Position numbers and translations under genes: made by a program. 64,000 bases of DNA from Hemiscyllium ocellatum (Eukaryota): positions 128,794,213-128,858,212 of the forward strand of contig NC_083402.1 in assembly GCF_020745735.1 (NCBI RefSeq), given 5' to 3'. The number at the start of each line of letters is the position of its first letter. The stretch's first letter is position 1. The notes under the pieces are model-generated. The model made no database searches. It was not told where the DNA came from and was given only the letters and a program-made list of their open reading frames with translations. Shown here piece after piece: positions 50,590 through 62,168 of this stretch.

Positions 50590-51310
50590 GGTAAAAAAAA
50601 GTCACAGGAAGCTGCTACAAAGAGATTTGGTGATACTTGTACATGAAACACAGAAGGCTAGCTTGCAGGTGTGGCAGATAATGAGGAAGGCTAATGGAAT
50701 ATTAGCCCTTATTTTAACAGGGCTGGAGGGTAGGAGTAGGGGAGTCTTACTGCAACTGTACAAACTGCTGGTGAGACCACATCTGGAATACTGTGAACAG
50801 CTTTAATCCTTTTGTTTGAGAAATTATATTATTTCAATGGAGGAAGTTTGAGAAAGTTTGCTTCGATAATTTCCAGCATGGAAGGATTGTCTTGTGAGCA
50901 ATGGTGAGCAAAAGAAGAATGAGAGGTGTTCTCATTGAAACATATATGTTTCCTAAGGGGGTTGAAGGAGTAAATGCTAAGAGGACGTTTCCCCTCATGG
51001 GAGAGTTTAGGGTCAGAGGGCATTGTTTCAGGACAAAGGAGCATCAATTTAAGACTGAGATGAGGAGGAATTTCTGTCCTGGGTTGTGAGTCTTCCAAAC
51101 TCCTTGCACAGGAAGCTGTGGGGCAGAGTCCATGTGTATATTTACGTGTGAGGTGGATAGATTCATGATCAGTAAGGAAGCAAGGGAAAGTGGCAAGAAA
51201 GTTATGTGAGAAATGTTGGATCAAACATAATGCTATTGAATGGAAGAGCAGATTTGTGGGACTAAATAGTCTGATTCTGTCCCGATTTCTTATATTCGTG
51301 TGGTCTTATG
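50590..51310 (+). mobile_element. CR1 3' fragment, decayed
   Basis: LQLYKLLVRPHLEYC, GHCFRTK..FKTEMRRNF and an (tcttatg) tail. Confidence 0.8.
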
Positions 51311-51506
51311 AGGTCAGATGTGTCACCTCATGCTCCTCATAGTCCTCATAATTGCATCTAAATAGCCAACATAATTTGTAACTACTCACTGAAGTGTACT
51401 CTTATTTGAGTGCTTAATTCAGTGCCATCTCTCTTCTCAGTGTGCCCATCTGGTGAAGTTATGCTCTTCTCTCCAAAGGGATTTCCATTTTCATTTTTTG
51501 CTAAAT

Positions 51507-51836
51507 AAAAACTGAAAGAGCTGCAGATGCTGTAAATCAGAAACAAGAACAGAAATTGCTGGGAAAGCTTAGCAGGTCTGGTAGCTTCTTTGGAGAGAAA
51601 TCAAAGTTACTGTTTTGGGTCCAGCAGCCGTTCCTCATTGTTGCTTGTTCACCTACATTGATATCATCTGTCTCATTACTGTTCCTTTGCTTCTATCAAA
51701 AATATATATAGAAATGACTTTTCAATATATTCCAGATCTGAAAAAATGTCACACCAGACTTGAAATGTTATCTCTGTTCTTCTCACCACTGATTCTGCCA
51801 GCCCTGGTAAGATTGTCCATCATTTTTTGTTTTTGT
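51507..51836. mobile_element. PLE family-C fold-back insertion, decayed
   Basis: Minus-oriented arm at 51507-~51640 and plus-oriented arm ending at ~51836. Confidence 0.7.
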
Positions 51837-52186
51837 ATTAACTGGCAGTGATTGGTTCTGCAACACATGCAATGTAGTGATCAGTGGTGGGATTTTTGCT
51901 GAAGTACATCAAGATAACAACGGCAGAAAAAATTCATTCAACCATGGAGAGAAAAAAGAATAGAAGCCAATTAGTTTTACTACTTTATAAATATTTTGTA
52001 AGAATATGCAGATAGTCAGCAATTCTGGAAGGAATGGCAGAGCAAAAGCAGTACTCCAGGCTAAAACCTTTACCTCAGAACTGGTGCAAAACATGGAACA
52101 AAGCAGTTGCAAAGGTTTTTTTTAAAAACATTTCTGCATTTTTAATTATGGAGTGCAAATGAGAAAGAAACTGTTTAAGAGTCAAG

Positions 52187-53006
52187 ATTTGGAGGTGCCG
52201 GTGTTGGACTGGGGTGTACAAAGTTAAAAATCACATAACACCGGGTTATAGTCCAACAATTTTATTTGGAAGCACTGGCTTTCAGAGCACTGCTCCTTTA
52301 TCAGGTGGTTGTGGAGTATAAGATCATAAGACAGAATTTGTAGCAAAGGTTTACAGTGTGATGTAACTGAAATCATTTATTGAAAAAGACCTAGGTTGTT
52401 TGGTAAATCTCTCATCTTTTAGAATGAACATGTTGGTTTTAATTCTTTCATAGGTAAATTGCAAAAATTTCTCACAGACACTCATAACCGCTCCACACAA
52501 ACCGCACCCCCCCCCCCCCCCCCCCCCCCCACACACATATAGTTTGTGGGGTGAATTTGTACTTACAGAATTATATTTTATTTTGCTCAAAAACTGCATG
52601 AATCCCAATAAGATTCTGTAAATACATTTTTTAGATTAAAATCAGTTTGAGCGTTATGGCACAGACAGCCTCACACAGGGCACCTCACACATTCAATGCA
52701 TTATCTAGGCTGAAATGACACCAACCGATAAAGTTCACTTGAGAATGTAACTTTAAGAGTTCTGCAATCTACATATGAAAGAACTGAAACCAACATGTTC
52801 ATTTGAAAAGATGAGAGTCTTACCAAATATTTTGTTTTTTTTAATATATAATTTCAGTTACATAAGACTGTAAACATTTGCTATAAATTCTGTGCCCTAT
52901 GATCTTATACTCCATAACCATCTGATGAAGGAGTAGCGCTCCAAATGCTAATGTTTCCAAATAAACCTATTGGACTATAACCTGGTGTTATGTGATTTTT
53001 AACTTT
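52187..53006. mobile_element. PLE family-B fold-back with ~245-bp inverted arms
   Basis: About 52220-52463 is the inverted counterpart of about 52764-53006. Each arm has a degenerate hammerhead core, and there is a C24 run at 52507-52530. Confidence 0.85.
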
Positions 53007-54068
53007 TAGACATCAAGGATTGCTGGAGGATTGTTGCGTGTCCTAAAAGTAACCTGACTGTCATTGCAATAGTTTGTAAATGAACTGGAGCCAAAGAGTT
53101 GTGCACAAAATGCAGCTTTGAATTGGCAACAGATATTGGTTGCTTGTGGACTAATGATCAGTTATCAGTTGACAAAGGTATTCTGCCAGCCAGAAAAAAT
53201 GTGATTGGTTCTCAGGTGGCTAAACAGCCTGGGGCTGTGAATAAGATAGAGAGAAGCCATCCAACTTGCAACAGCTCATAAACTCTCTCTGTTCTCTGTG
53301 CTAAAAGCTTCTCTAAGCCTAAAGAAAACCCAATTATCTTTTCTTCGGTAGTCGCTGTAAGCTGTGACTTTTTATTGCTAAGTCAGAGACCTTTGAGAAG
53401 AGAAATAGCTACCCTCAGCCTCTGCATACCCGTAGAAGCATCAGAGAAGGTATACTGAGAAGTAACGTTCTGATCAGTGCAAGAACCAACCAGCAGATTC
53501 TGTGAACAGAGACCATCGAACTAGATTAGACTCTCTCTCTGTTTTCTCTTTAACCATAACACTAACATTTTCTTTGTTGTCTGTGTCTTCTATACATCTA
53601 TGTGTAAATTTGTAAAGGAATCAGTTTTAACTTGTTGAGTTATGTGGTGATGGTCCATAATTGTTTATTTGTAGCTAAAGCCCATTTACTAGTAAGCTTG
53701 TTACATGAGTGTCACTATCTGCGTCGATCAAATATCATGACTGAAGAGAAAAAAGTTACAGCCTACAAAGATGATCCAGGTGGACTCTTGAAGATTAAAG
53801 GGATGCTCCAAATAACCCTGCAACACAAAGAGGACAATAGAATGCTTGCATGTCTTCACCGCAGAAGAGGAAGCCAAGAAGATCAACTGGTCTTCAGAAA
53901 ACAACTAATCTAGTCCAAAAAAATTTTGTTGTTAATCAAATAGTAAAAGACCTACCAGTTAATTACTTCACTGGGTTTCTGAGACTCAAGGCAAGCTGTA
54001 AAAAGAAAAGATAATTTATCAAGATGACTTATGTTGACATTCGAGAGTTGTTTCCTCCTGATAATGGT

Positions 54069-54493
54069 TTGGAGGTAGAGGAGGCTCAGGACCAGCATGT
54101 CCTTGATGGTTTGGGAGGGAGAGCCAAACCGTTACCACTCGACGCCTGGAGGAGGAACGCCTGGGACCCTGCAACTACACAGGATAAATGTGGATTCCAA
54201 CAGCTTCCTTATTTCCCCTCCCCCTATATCATCCCAGTCCCAAGCCTCCAACTTGGCACCGCCCTCCGGACCTGTCCATCACTGTCCCCTCTGACCTATC
54301 TCCTTCTCCCTCACCTTCATCCCCCTACTGCGGGCTACCTCCCACCAACCCCACCCCATCCCATTTGTCTATCAGTCCCAACCCACAAACCTCATTCATG
54401 ATGAAGGGTGCTGGATGCTGCCTGACCTGCTGTACTTTTCCAGCACCACACTCTTGATTCTGATCTCCAGCATCTGCAGACCTCACTTTCTCC
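54069..54493 (+). mobile_element. PLE 3' fragment with an inverted 5' segment
   Basis: 54130-54493 matches the PLE GIY-YIG C-terminus and pLTR. 54069-54129 is the adjacent upstream PLE sequence in the opposite orientation. Confidence 0.8.
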
Positions 54494-54519
54494 TTTTGTT
54501 AAAATAATCAATGGCTGGA

Positions 54520-55548
54520 CTTACACAATTGATTGTAGGACCCTGGATAGTGTTGTTGACACCTAGAGACACCTAAGAGTTCAGGTACATAATTCTTTGA
54601 AATTTGCATCACAGGCAAACAGGGTGATTAAGAAAGCATTTAGCATGCTTGCCTTCATTGCTCAGACCTTTGAGGTATAGGAGTTGGGATGTCATGTTGC
54701 ATTGTGCAGAATGTTAGCAAGGCCTCTTCTGGAGTACTGTGTCCAGTTCTTGACCCTCTGCTACAGGAAGGACATTATTAAATTGAAGAGGGTTCAAAAT
54801 AGATTAACCAGGAGGTTGCCAGAAACGGAAGGGATTGAGCTATAAAGGAGAAGCTGGATAGGTTGAGACTTTCCTCATCAGAGAATAGGAGGTTGAGGAG
54901 TGGCCGTATAGAGGTTTATAAAAGTCTGATGGGCATTGAATAGCAAGGGTCTTTTCCCTTGGGTGGGGGAGTTCTAAACTGAAGCGCATTTTTTTAGGTG
55001 AGAAGAGAAAGATTTAAAGCGGACATGAGGGCAACATTTTTACACAGAGAGTGGTTTATGTATGGAATGAACTGCCAGAGGAAGCTGTCAATGCAGATAC
55101 AGTTGCATTTAAAAGATATTTGGATAATGACATGAATAGGAAATGTTGAAGGGATGTGAGCCAAGTTTACTTTTGGAACATGGTTGGCATGGACTACTTG
55201 GACGAAGGAGTCTCTTTCCATGCCCATTTTAATAGGACCTCTACAATATGGAAACAGCCTATTTGGTCCATGCCCAACCTCCCGTCCAGACAAGGATCCC
55301 CCTCCCTTGCATTTCCCATGTCTAACCCATCCAGCCTGCACATCCCTGGACACTATGGGCAATTCAGCATAGCTCCAATCCACCTAACCTGTTTGTCTTT
55401 GGATTCTAGGAGGAAACCAGAGCACGGGGAGGTGAGAATGTGCAAACTCCACACAGACAGTCACCCGAGGTTAGCATTGAACCCAGGCCCCTGACACTGT
55501 GAGGCAGCAGTGCTAACCACTGAGCCACCATGTATGGCTCTGTGACAT
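54520..55548 (+). mobile_element. CR1 3' fragment with an HE1 SINE inserted in its tail
   Basis: RPLLEYCVQF and WNELPEE are present. The tail tttccatgc|tgtatggctctgtgac is split by the SINE. Confidence 0.85.
55231..55530 (-). mobile_element. HE1 SINE
   Basis: Reverse-complement HE1 head (tggtggctcagtggttagcactgctgcctcacag) and core. Confidence 0.88.
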
Positions 55549-55959
55549 TATGACATGTGTCTGCAGATCTATCAGCAGGTTGAGAATATAGATTTGGTTT
55601 TAAAAAAAACTTTTTTTTTATTTTTAATACATAGCTGGGAGGTAGCATAGCTTGGCTACCTGGTAATGAGGATCAAGGCTGGACCCTTCCTATATTCAGG
55701 CTAAATCTGAAGGTGGAAGGGTTTGAAGAAGGAAAACTCACAGTCTGAAGCTGGGCAAACCTATCTGATCTTCCAGCAAACAGTCAGCTGATTGGTCATT
55801 GACAGGCTTTCTACCAGAATTCGGACCTGGGCTGAGGCAGGTACCCTGCTGATTAATCAGAGTCCAGCACTTCAGAATCATTTGACCCACACAGTCGCTG
55901 TTGTCAAAATAACCCTAGATCTTTGGATGCTGGTTCGTTGACTGGAAAGGTAAGTGTTG

Positions 55960-56173
55960 TTTGGATTTGAAACAGAAATTGCTGGAGAAACTCCGCAGGA
56001 CTGGAAGCATCTGTGGGAAGAAAGCAGAGTTAATATTTCGAGTCCAATGAAGAGTCACCAGACTCAAAACGTTAACACTGCTTTCATCCCACTGATGCTG
56101 CCAGTTCTGCGGAGTTTCTCCAGCAATTTCTGTTTTGTTTCAAATCTCCAGCACCCACCACTCTGTTTTGATC
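55960..56173. mobile_element. PLE family-C fold-back insertion
   Basis: Inverted arms aaacagaaattgctggagaaactccgcag / ctgcggagtttctccagcaatttctgttt, with TSD taagtgttg at 55951-55959 / 56174-56182. Confidence 0.85.
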
Positions 56174-56294
56174 TAAGTGTTGATTATTGTTGCGTTTCTG
56201 AAGTTTAGAATCAAAGAAAGAGGGAGAGGAAAGAGCGGGGTTGATGGAAGCAAGGGCACAGCCATGGATACCACCAGCCAACTTGCTTCCTTAT

Positions 56295-56519
56295 TCTGGA
56301 TTAGTGGTGCTGGAAAAGCACAGCAGGTCATGCAGCATCCGAGGAGCAGTAAAATTGATGTTTCGGGCAAAAGCCCTTCATCAGGAATATTTCTGATGAA
56401 GGGCTTTTGCCCAAAACGTCGATTTTACTGCTCCTCGGATGCTGCCTAAACTGCTGTGCTCTTCCAGCACCACTAAAGCAGAATCTGGTTTCCAGCATCT
56501 GCAGTCATTGTTTTTACCT
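56295..56519. mobile_element. PLE family-A fold-back with two back-to-back hammerhead cores
   Basis: Centre gcccttcatcag-gaatattt-ctgatgaagggc, with TSD aacttgcttccttat (56280-56294) / aacttccttccttat (56520-56534). Confidence 0.92.
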
Positions 56520-57460
56520 AACTTCCTTCCTTATGTCCATCTCTGCATTGTGCACAGGTTAATGTAGATTGAGAGAGATACAGCCCAACTCATAACCTGC
56601 ATGCACTGGTTGAACAGTCAAGCTAACTCTTTCCTGGGCATGAATTTGTTGTTAATTCAAATGTCAATAAGCTTTAAAGTTGTCATTACTTGAGCAAATA
56701 TAACCATCAGACTGCAACAGTCTTGGAAGATGGAGTTTGGGCCTTCCTAACTGGGGCTTGGTTCAAACAAAGGTGTGGTTTTGACCTGTCACCATCTATC
56801 TAATTAATTTCACTTCCTACCTGCCCTTAGCTGCAGTTGCAGAAAAACTAAAAAGGTCTCAAATTAATGGTGAATGCACCTTAATACAATATCTCTTATC
56901 CATCATTTCAGTATCTGGTACTACTCAAGATAGCAAACCATCATGACTCACCCATGAGCAGCCAGGACTTCTAGCCAACATCCAGATTTTCCATCTCTTC
57001 CTTGTGTACCCAGTAATGATACCAGTCCCATATCCACCTCTTGCAGCTTCTGCATACTTCCAACTTTTGGTTTTGGTGAGCACATCAGTGAAATACTTTG
57101 CAGTACAGTCTCTGAGCAGTATTTTATCATTAGTGTATGTGTCCAGAGCTGGCTCCAGTGTGATTCTAATTAAGGTTTAAAGAGGCACAGGCAATCACTT
57201 TCAATCACATAAGGAAGGAAGCTTTTCATTTGCAATATGCCATTCGTTGACAATACAATGGCTACAGATCGAATATAAAGGTTCTGCATCATAGCCTCAA
57301 TATTCCTGCCGAACTCAAATTGACCAAGTAACTTGCCTAAATTTTCAGGGCAATGGATCACGGCCCTCAGCCCATCCACTAAAACGTCACCTCCTGTCAT
57401 GGCCTATCTTATAATTTATTGCTTTTTATCACTCATCACCATTCAAGGCATATAAGTACT

Positions 57461-57514
57461 AATTATGGATTAGTGGTGCTGGAAGAGCACAGCAGTTCAG
57501 GCAGCATCCAAGGA
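57461..57514 (-). mobile_element. 54-bp PLE family-A terminal fragment
   Basis: ggattagtggtgctggaagagcacagcagttcaggcagcatcc, with TSD gcatataagtact (57448-57460) / gcatacaagtact (57515-57527). Confidence 0.85.
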
Positions 57515-58716
57515 GCATACAAGTACTTAATGCCTGAGGTTAGATAGAGACCAACACCAGCGTTCAGCAACCACTCCTTGCAAATAGCCAAAAGGGGATA
57601 AGGCACAAGGAACCTCCCTCCAATTACCCTTTCTCCATAGGACAGGGGAGGTGTTATTTGACATTTGGAGGAGGTTGTGCAAGCTGCTCCTAATAACAGG
57701 GCCCTGAATACTTAATTACCAATTCTTGATCAACTCTGCAAGGTTCTACATATGCCCAGATTCCTCTTCTCTTGAACTCCCTTAAGAACTGCACCCTTTC
57801 TTTTAACGTTGTTTCTTTGTGTTCTTCCTAACAAAAAGAATGACTTCACACTCCCCACTTGTTCAGTCATCCCTCTGACAGAGACATAAGCTCCATTATT
57901 GTACCACAGCCTCACTCAGTGATGCCTCACCATGTAATTAATATGTCTGAAAGAGACAGCCCTTGTCATCCAGTATCAGTCATCCAGTTGGCCTGGGGCC
58001 TCAGAAGTAGCTTATGAGTGATAAAAAAAGGTTTGAGTTAAAGACAGCTCCGTGGGAAATGAATATGATTCTTTGCAATTTGACACAGCCCAGTTGCATG
58101 ATCAGAAAATGAAAGCCCTCGTGATTCACAAAAGCCACTGACAACTTTTAGCAAAATCTTTTGGCCACATGGTTGGAATTGATGATCCCTAGTATTCCAG
58201 AGGGAAAAAAAACAATGGGCCTGAAGCCCAAAGCCTTTGCTGTCCTGCTGTCACCACCTGGAGAATAAGATAAATTAACTTGCATTACAGAAGAGGGCAT
58301 TAGTCATTCCTTTATGTACGTGTGTGTGTGGAAGCCTGTGAAATCAGCAATTCACATGAGAACCCTTGGGAGGTGAAAAATTGAGCATTACAACCAACTG
58401 GCATGGACTTCAAATCAAATCCAAAAAAGTTATGGGTCTTGCTGCACAATCCCTCATGTTTCAGTGACTACTTCCCAGATATCCTGACTCCCTTCTGACA
58501 TTGTCTCTATGGCACATGCAGGTAGTCAGTTATTCAGTTGAGGAGATGTCAAAATGCCACTGCCCATCTTTGCCATCTCTTCCAGGATTGCTGCATCATT
58601 CACTCTCTGCTGTTGCCTTCTTTTGGCATTTCAGCTTCTGTTGTTAGTCAGCACAGCCCTTCCTCAGTCCTACTCCTGAAATGCAGAGCTATTTGCTGTA
58701 TGAGACCTGTAGACTT

Positions 58717-59362
58717 TGTGATGATGCTGTGGCTTTAAAAGGTGTGTTTTAAAGCCATAGAGACATAGAGTCATAGAGATGTACAGCACTGGTTTCTTTT
58801 AGACAGAGAGATTAGAGAACAGGTGTCGAACAATCAACGAAAAGATAAATAACTTGCGAAGCCTTGAATGTGTCTTTAAAAGCTGGAACAATAGAAGCAG
58901 CCTGAATGTGTGTCGTCAAGTTCCCATTCACAGAACCAGGGATTTTTAGTTTTCAGGAGCAGTTGTTGAGGTCTTGACGAAGTGGAAACTACTTCTCAAT
59001 TCCAGCCAAAAGCTGAGGGTTCTCTTCCTAAGCTGCTGGGACAAAACCTTTTGCATATGTGACAAAATATTTTTCTGAATTTGCCATTTGCCAAGAGTAT
59101 GTTTATAGGAACAGCTAATTAGTAATATTTACTGCATCAATTGTTCTGTTTAGTTTTCCAATAGAGTCAAGTTATTCCAAGTTTTTTTTTGTATTTTAAC
59201 TATAGTGTTTGAATAAATTGTATTTTGCTTAACATTGAATAGTTTGACCAATCCAATTGCATCTGGAACAGAGCATCTGACATTTACCTTTAAAATAAGA
59301 AAAAGTTAGGAATTGGGCTCCTTCTTAACATAATTTGAGGGGGCATGGTCTAGTTCATAACA
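58717..59362 (+). mobile_element. solo LTR containing a ~35-bp CR1 tail insert
   Basis: tgtgatga...tcataaca inverted termini, aataaa, and TSD actt/gctt. Confidence 0.65.
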
Positions 59363-60721
59363 GCTTAAAGCTAACCACATCACATTGGCCTCCTTTCATA
59401 TAGATGCATATTTCTGGCAGTCAGATGCACACTTTGAAGGTGTTTTCAGAATATCATAGGTGTCATATTTGTGCTGGAACTCACAACCCTCTGTGCTTCT
59501 TCTAACATCTTCACTGCTATCTGCAGCACGAGCCTTCCCTCTGAAACCTTTCAATTGCCCCAATTACCTTGGACCCTGCCACCATCCATTTGGACATGAT
59601 TTCTGCCAATCAGCACTGAGAGATCTCCATTGACATTCCCCTTTCGGACCCAGACACACTTCCTGCATTACCTTTGAAGTTTTGGACTCATCCCATGAAT
59701 TAAACAAGACGTTTATTTATCCCAACCTCTGACTAAACCTGTCCTCTCTTACTGAATAGGATGCCCATCTCTCACCATGAATGTTCCTTTTGCCAGCCCA
59801 TACCCTGAGTTTGACCCAAAAGACCCCAGCACTACTGACTGCACACATTTGGCCCATCTCTCTCATTAACTTGACTGAACATTTCCACCATCCCCCACAG
59901 GATACATCCAAGATGTCAGGCACTTACCACTTCACTCTTCCATGCCATTGGTCCCATCTTCCTTTGAATCTGTCTTTCACTTTTCTACACCACTGACATG
60001 ACCTCAAACTCAACCCCGACTTGTCCTGCTTATCCTAAGCCTTCATGCAAGCTGCTCTTCTGCTCTCCTCCTTCATGTCGCAGAATTCAACTGAGACAAC
60101 TGCATAAAGCCAAGTGGTGCACAACATTCTTAAACTAATATGAATTGGGTACCATGTGGGGCTTCATTTCAAAATGTTTTAATGTAATGATTATTCATAG
60201 CACGCAAATCAATGGAAAGTAGCAGCTTGCCACAAGATGAGCTGCGACTGTCAGACCTCATCTCTGCCTTTCGACCCATTGTCAGGACAATGAAATTTAA
60301 GCTCCCACTAAATGAAGTCACTCTGTAACCTAATTTCCCATTCTACACAGATCCTATGAAATACCGTCCATTCACTTTCTTCCCCCTCTCCTGTGGAACA
60401 AAGGGGGATGTTTCAGCAAGGGAGCAGCAGAGAAAAGGCACAGCCTGGGCAGGACACCTGAGCAGTGTGAGGGGTCAGTGTTCCCCACCATGGGAGCAGC
60501 AGACTGAGATCATTGCATGTGGGATTTCTGGGCATGCTCAGCATGGAAGTATTTTTCTGCCTTATGCTACATCTCAGCTCCGTCTTTCTAGCATGAAGTA
60601 CAAGCTACTGATGGCATGGCCATTGATCCATTACTTCCAAAATAACCTGCATTTTCCCTCACCTTAACCCTGTCTTTCGATATTTCAGGCTTTTAGAGAT
60701 CGGATATTTATCACGCAGCCT

Positions 60722-61140
60722 ATAGAACATAGAACATAGAACATAGAAGGATACAGCGCAGTACAGGCCCTTCGGCCCTCGATGTTGCGCCGACCGAGTC
60801 CTACCTAACCTATACTAGCCCAATAACTTCCAAATGCCTATCCAATGCCCGCTTAAATGAACATAAAGAAGGAGAGTTCACCACTGATACGGGCAGGGCA
60901 TTCCATGAACTCACAACCCGCTGTGTGAAGAATCTACCCCTAACATCTGTCCTATACCTACCACCCCTTAATTTAAAGCTATGTCCCCTAGTAACACCTG
61001 ACTCCATTAGCGGTAAAAGGTTCTTAGTATCTACCCTATCTAAACCCCTAATCATCTTATACACTTCTATCAGATTTCCCCTAAACCTTCTCTTCTCCAA
61101 TGAGAACAGCCCCAAGTGCCTCAGCCTTTCCTCATAAGAT
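60722..61140 (-). mobile_element. young CR1 3' fragment, same subfamily as 45861-47567
   Basis: Near-identical C-terminal peptide (GLFSLEKRRFRG...ALDRHLEVIGLV) and tail. Confidence 0.95.
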
Positions 61141-61781
61141 TTTCAAAGACTCACTAGGATAAGCGAGAACAATAGCTGACTACTAAGGAAGACGCAACAG
61201 CACAAGGTTTTTTGTTCATTGATCAGATTCTGGTTCAGTGCAAACTTTAGAGTTGACTGAAGGTTCCCACCCAGTAGCTGGCTGGATTGTTAGGCTGGCC
61301 AGGTTGCAGTGTGTGAAAACCTGCAATAGAAAGCCCCAATCGGGGAGACTCGTGACTTTCCAGCAAATGCTGGTGTGCATTGGAAAGGTGGTCGGAATAC
61401 AATGACGGGACGAGACGTAGAGTAGATAGGTACTTGATGTGAGATGCTGTCTGTGTGTGCAGAACGTATGGGGAGTAATGTTGCATCAGAGGTTGCATGG
61501 GAGAATCTGAAGTCCCTGGAGGCAAATCATGTGGGACTATCTGCGAATCCTGGCGAAAAGTGGAGTTGGAGGGTTCGATCAATCATTTTGAGGGAGAGAT
61601 TCTGTCAGACTTACTTGAGGGACTGGTGTAGGCACTCCTCCCTCTTCCAGCCTGAAGCCATGCTGATAGAGATGTTTACTACTGGATGCAACAACATCTG
61701 CCTCCCTTCAGTGACCAGATTTCACAAGTCTGGAGAATCTGACACATAGCTGCTCCATTGTTGCAAACTTTGAGGAGCGGA

Positions 61782-61996
61782 ATACTGAATTAAAGCCTGA
61801 AGAACTGCTGATGCTATAAACAAGAAGCAAAAACAGAAGTTGCTCTGGCAGCATCTGTGGAGAGAAACCAGAGTCAACATTTCCTCAAAACAGTTCTGAG
61901 GAAGGGTCATTCAACCCAAAATGTTAACCCTGATTTCTCTCCACAGATGCTGCCAGACCTGCCGAGCTTTTCGAGCAATTTCTGTTTTTGTTTGTG
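61782..61996. mobile_element. PLE family-C fold-back insertion
   Basis: Inverted arms, core gtt-ctgagga-agggtcattcaaccc-aaaat-gtt-aac, and TSD tttgaggagcgga (61769-61781) / tttgaggagtgga (61997-62009). Confidence 0.85.
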
Positions 61997-62019
61997 TTTG
62001 AGGAGTGGAGCTTAATTTA

Positions 62020-62168
62020 AAGTATATAAGTTGAAGAGGTGTTTAGACAGATGCATGAAGACACAGAGAATGGAATCAAGACCGTGTGCAGGCAGACGGG
62101 ATTAGTTTAGAATAGTATCATGGTGGGTGGAAGGTCCTGTTCCTGTGTTGTACTGTTCTATGTTCTAC
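62020..62168 (+). mobile_element. CR1 3' end
   Basis: ggtcctgttcctgtgttgtactgttctatgttcta tail. Confidence 0.75.

Noticed and set aside
526-55530. tRNA genes
   Set aside because: The tRNA-like A/B boxes are SINE heads followed by SINE body and tail, not complete tRNAs.
513-61910. Remaining short ORFs in the six-frame track
   Set aside because: They map to SINE, LINE or PLE fragments or have no recognisable similarity.
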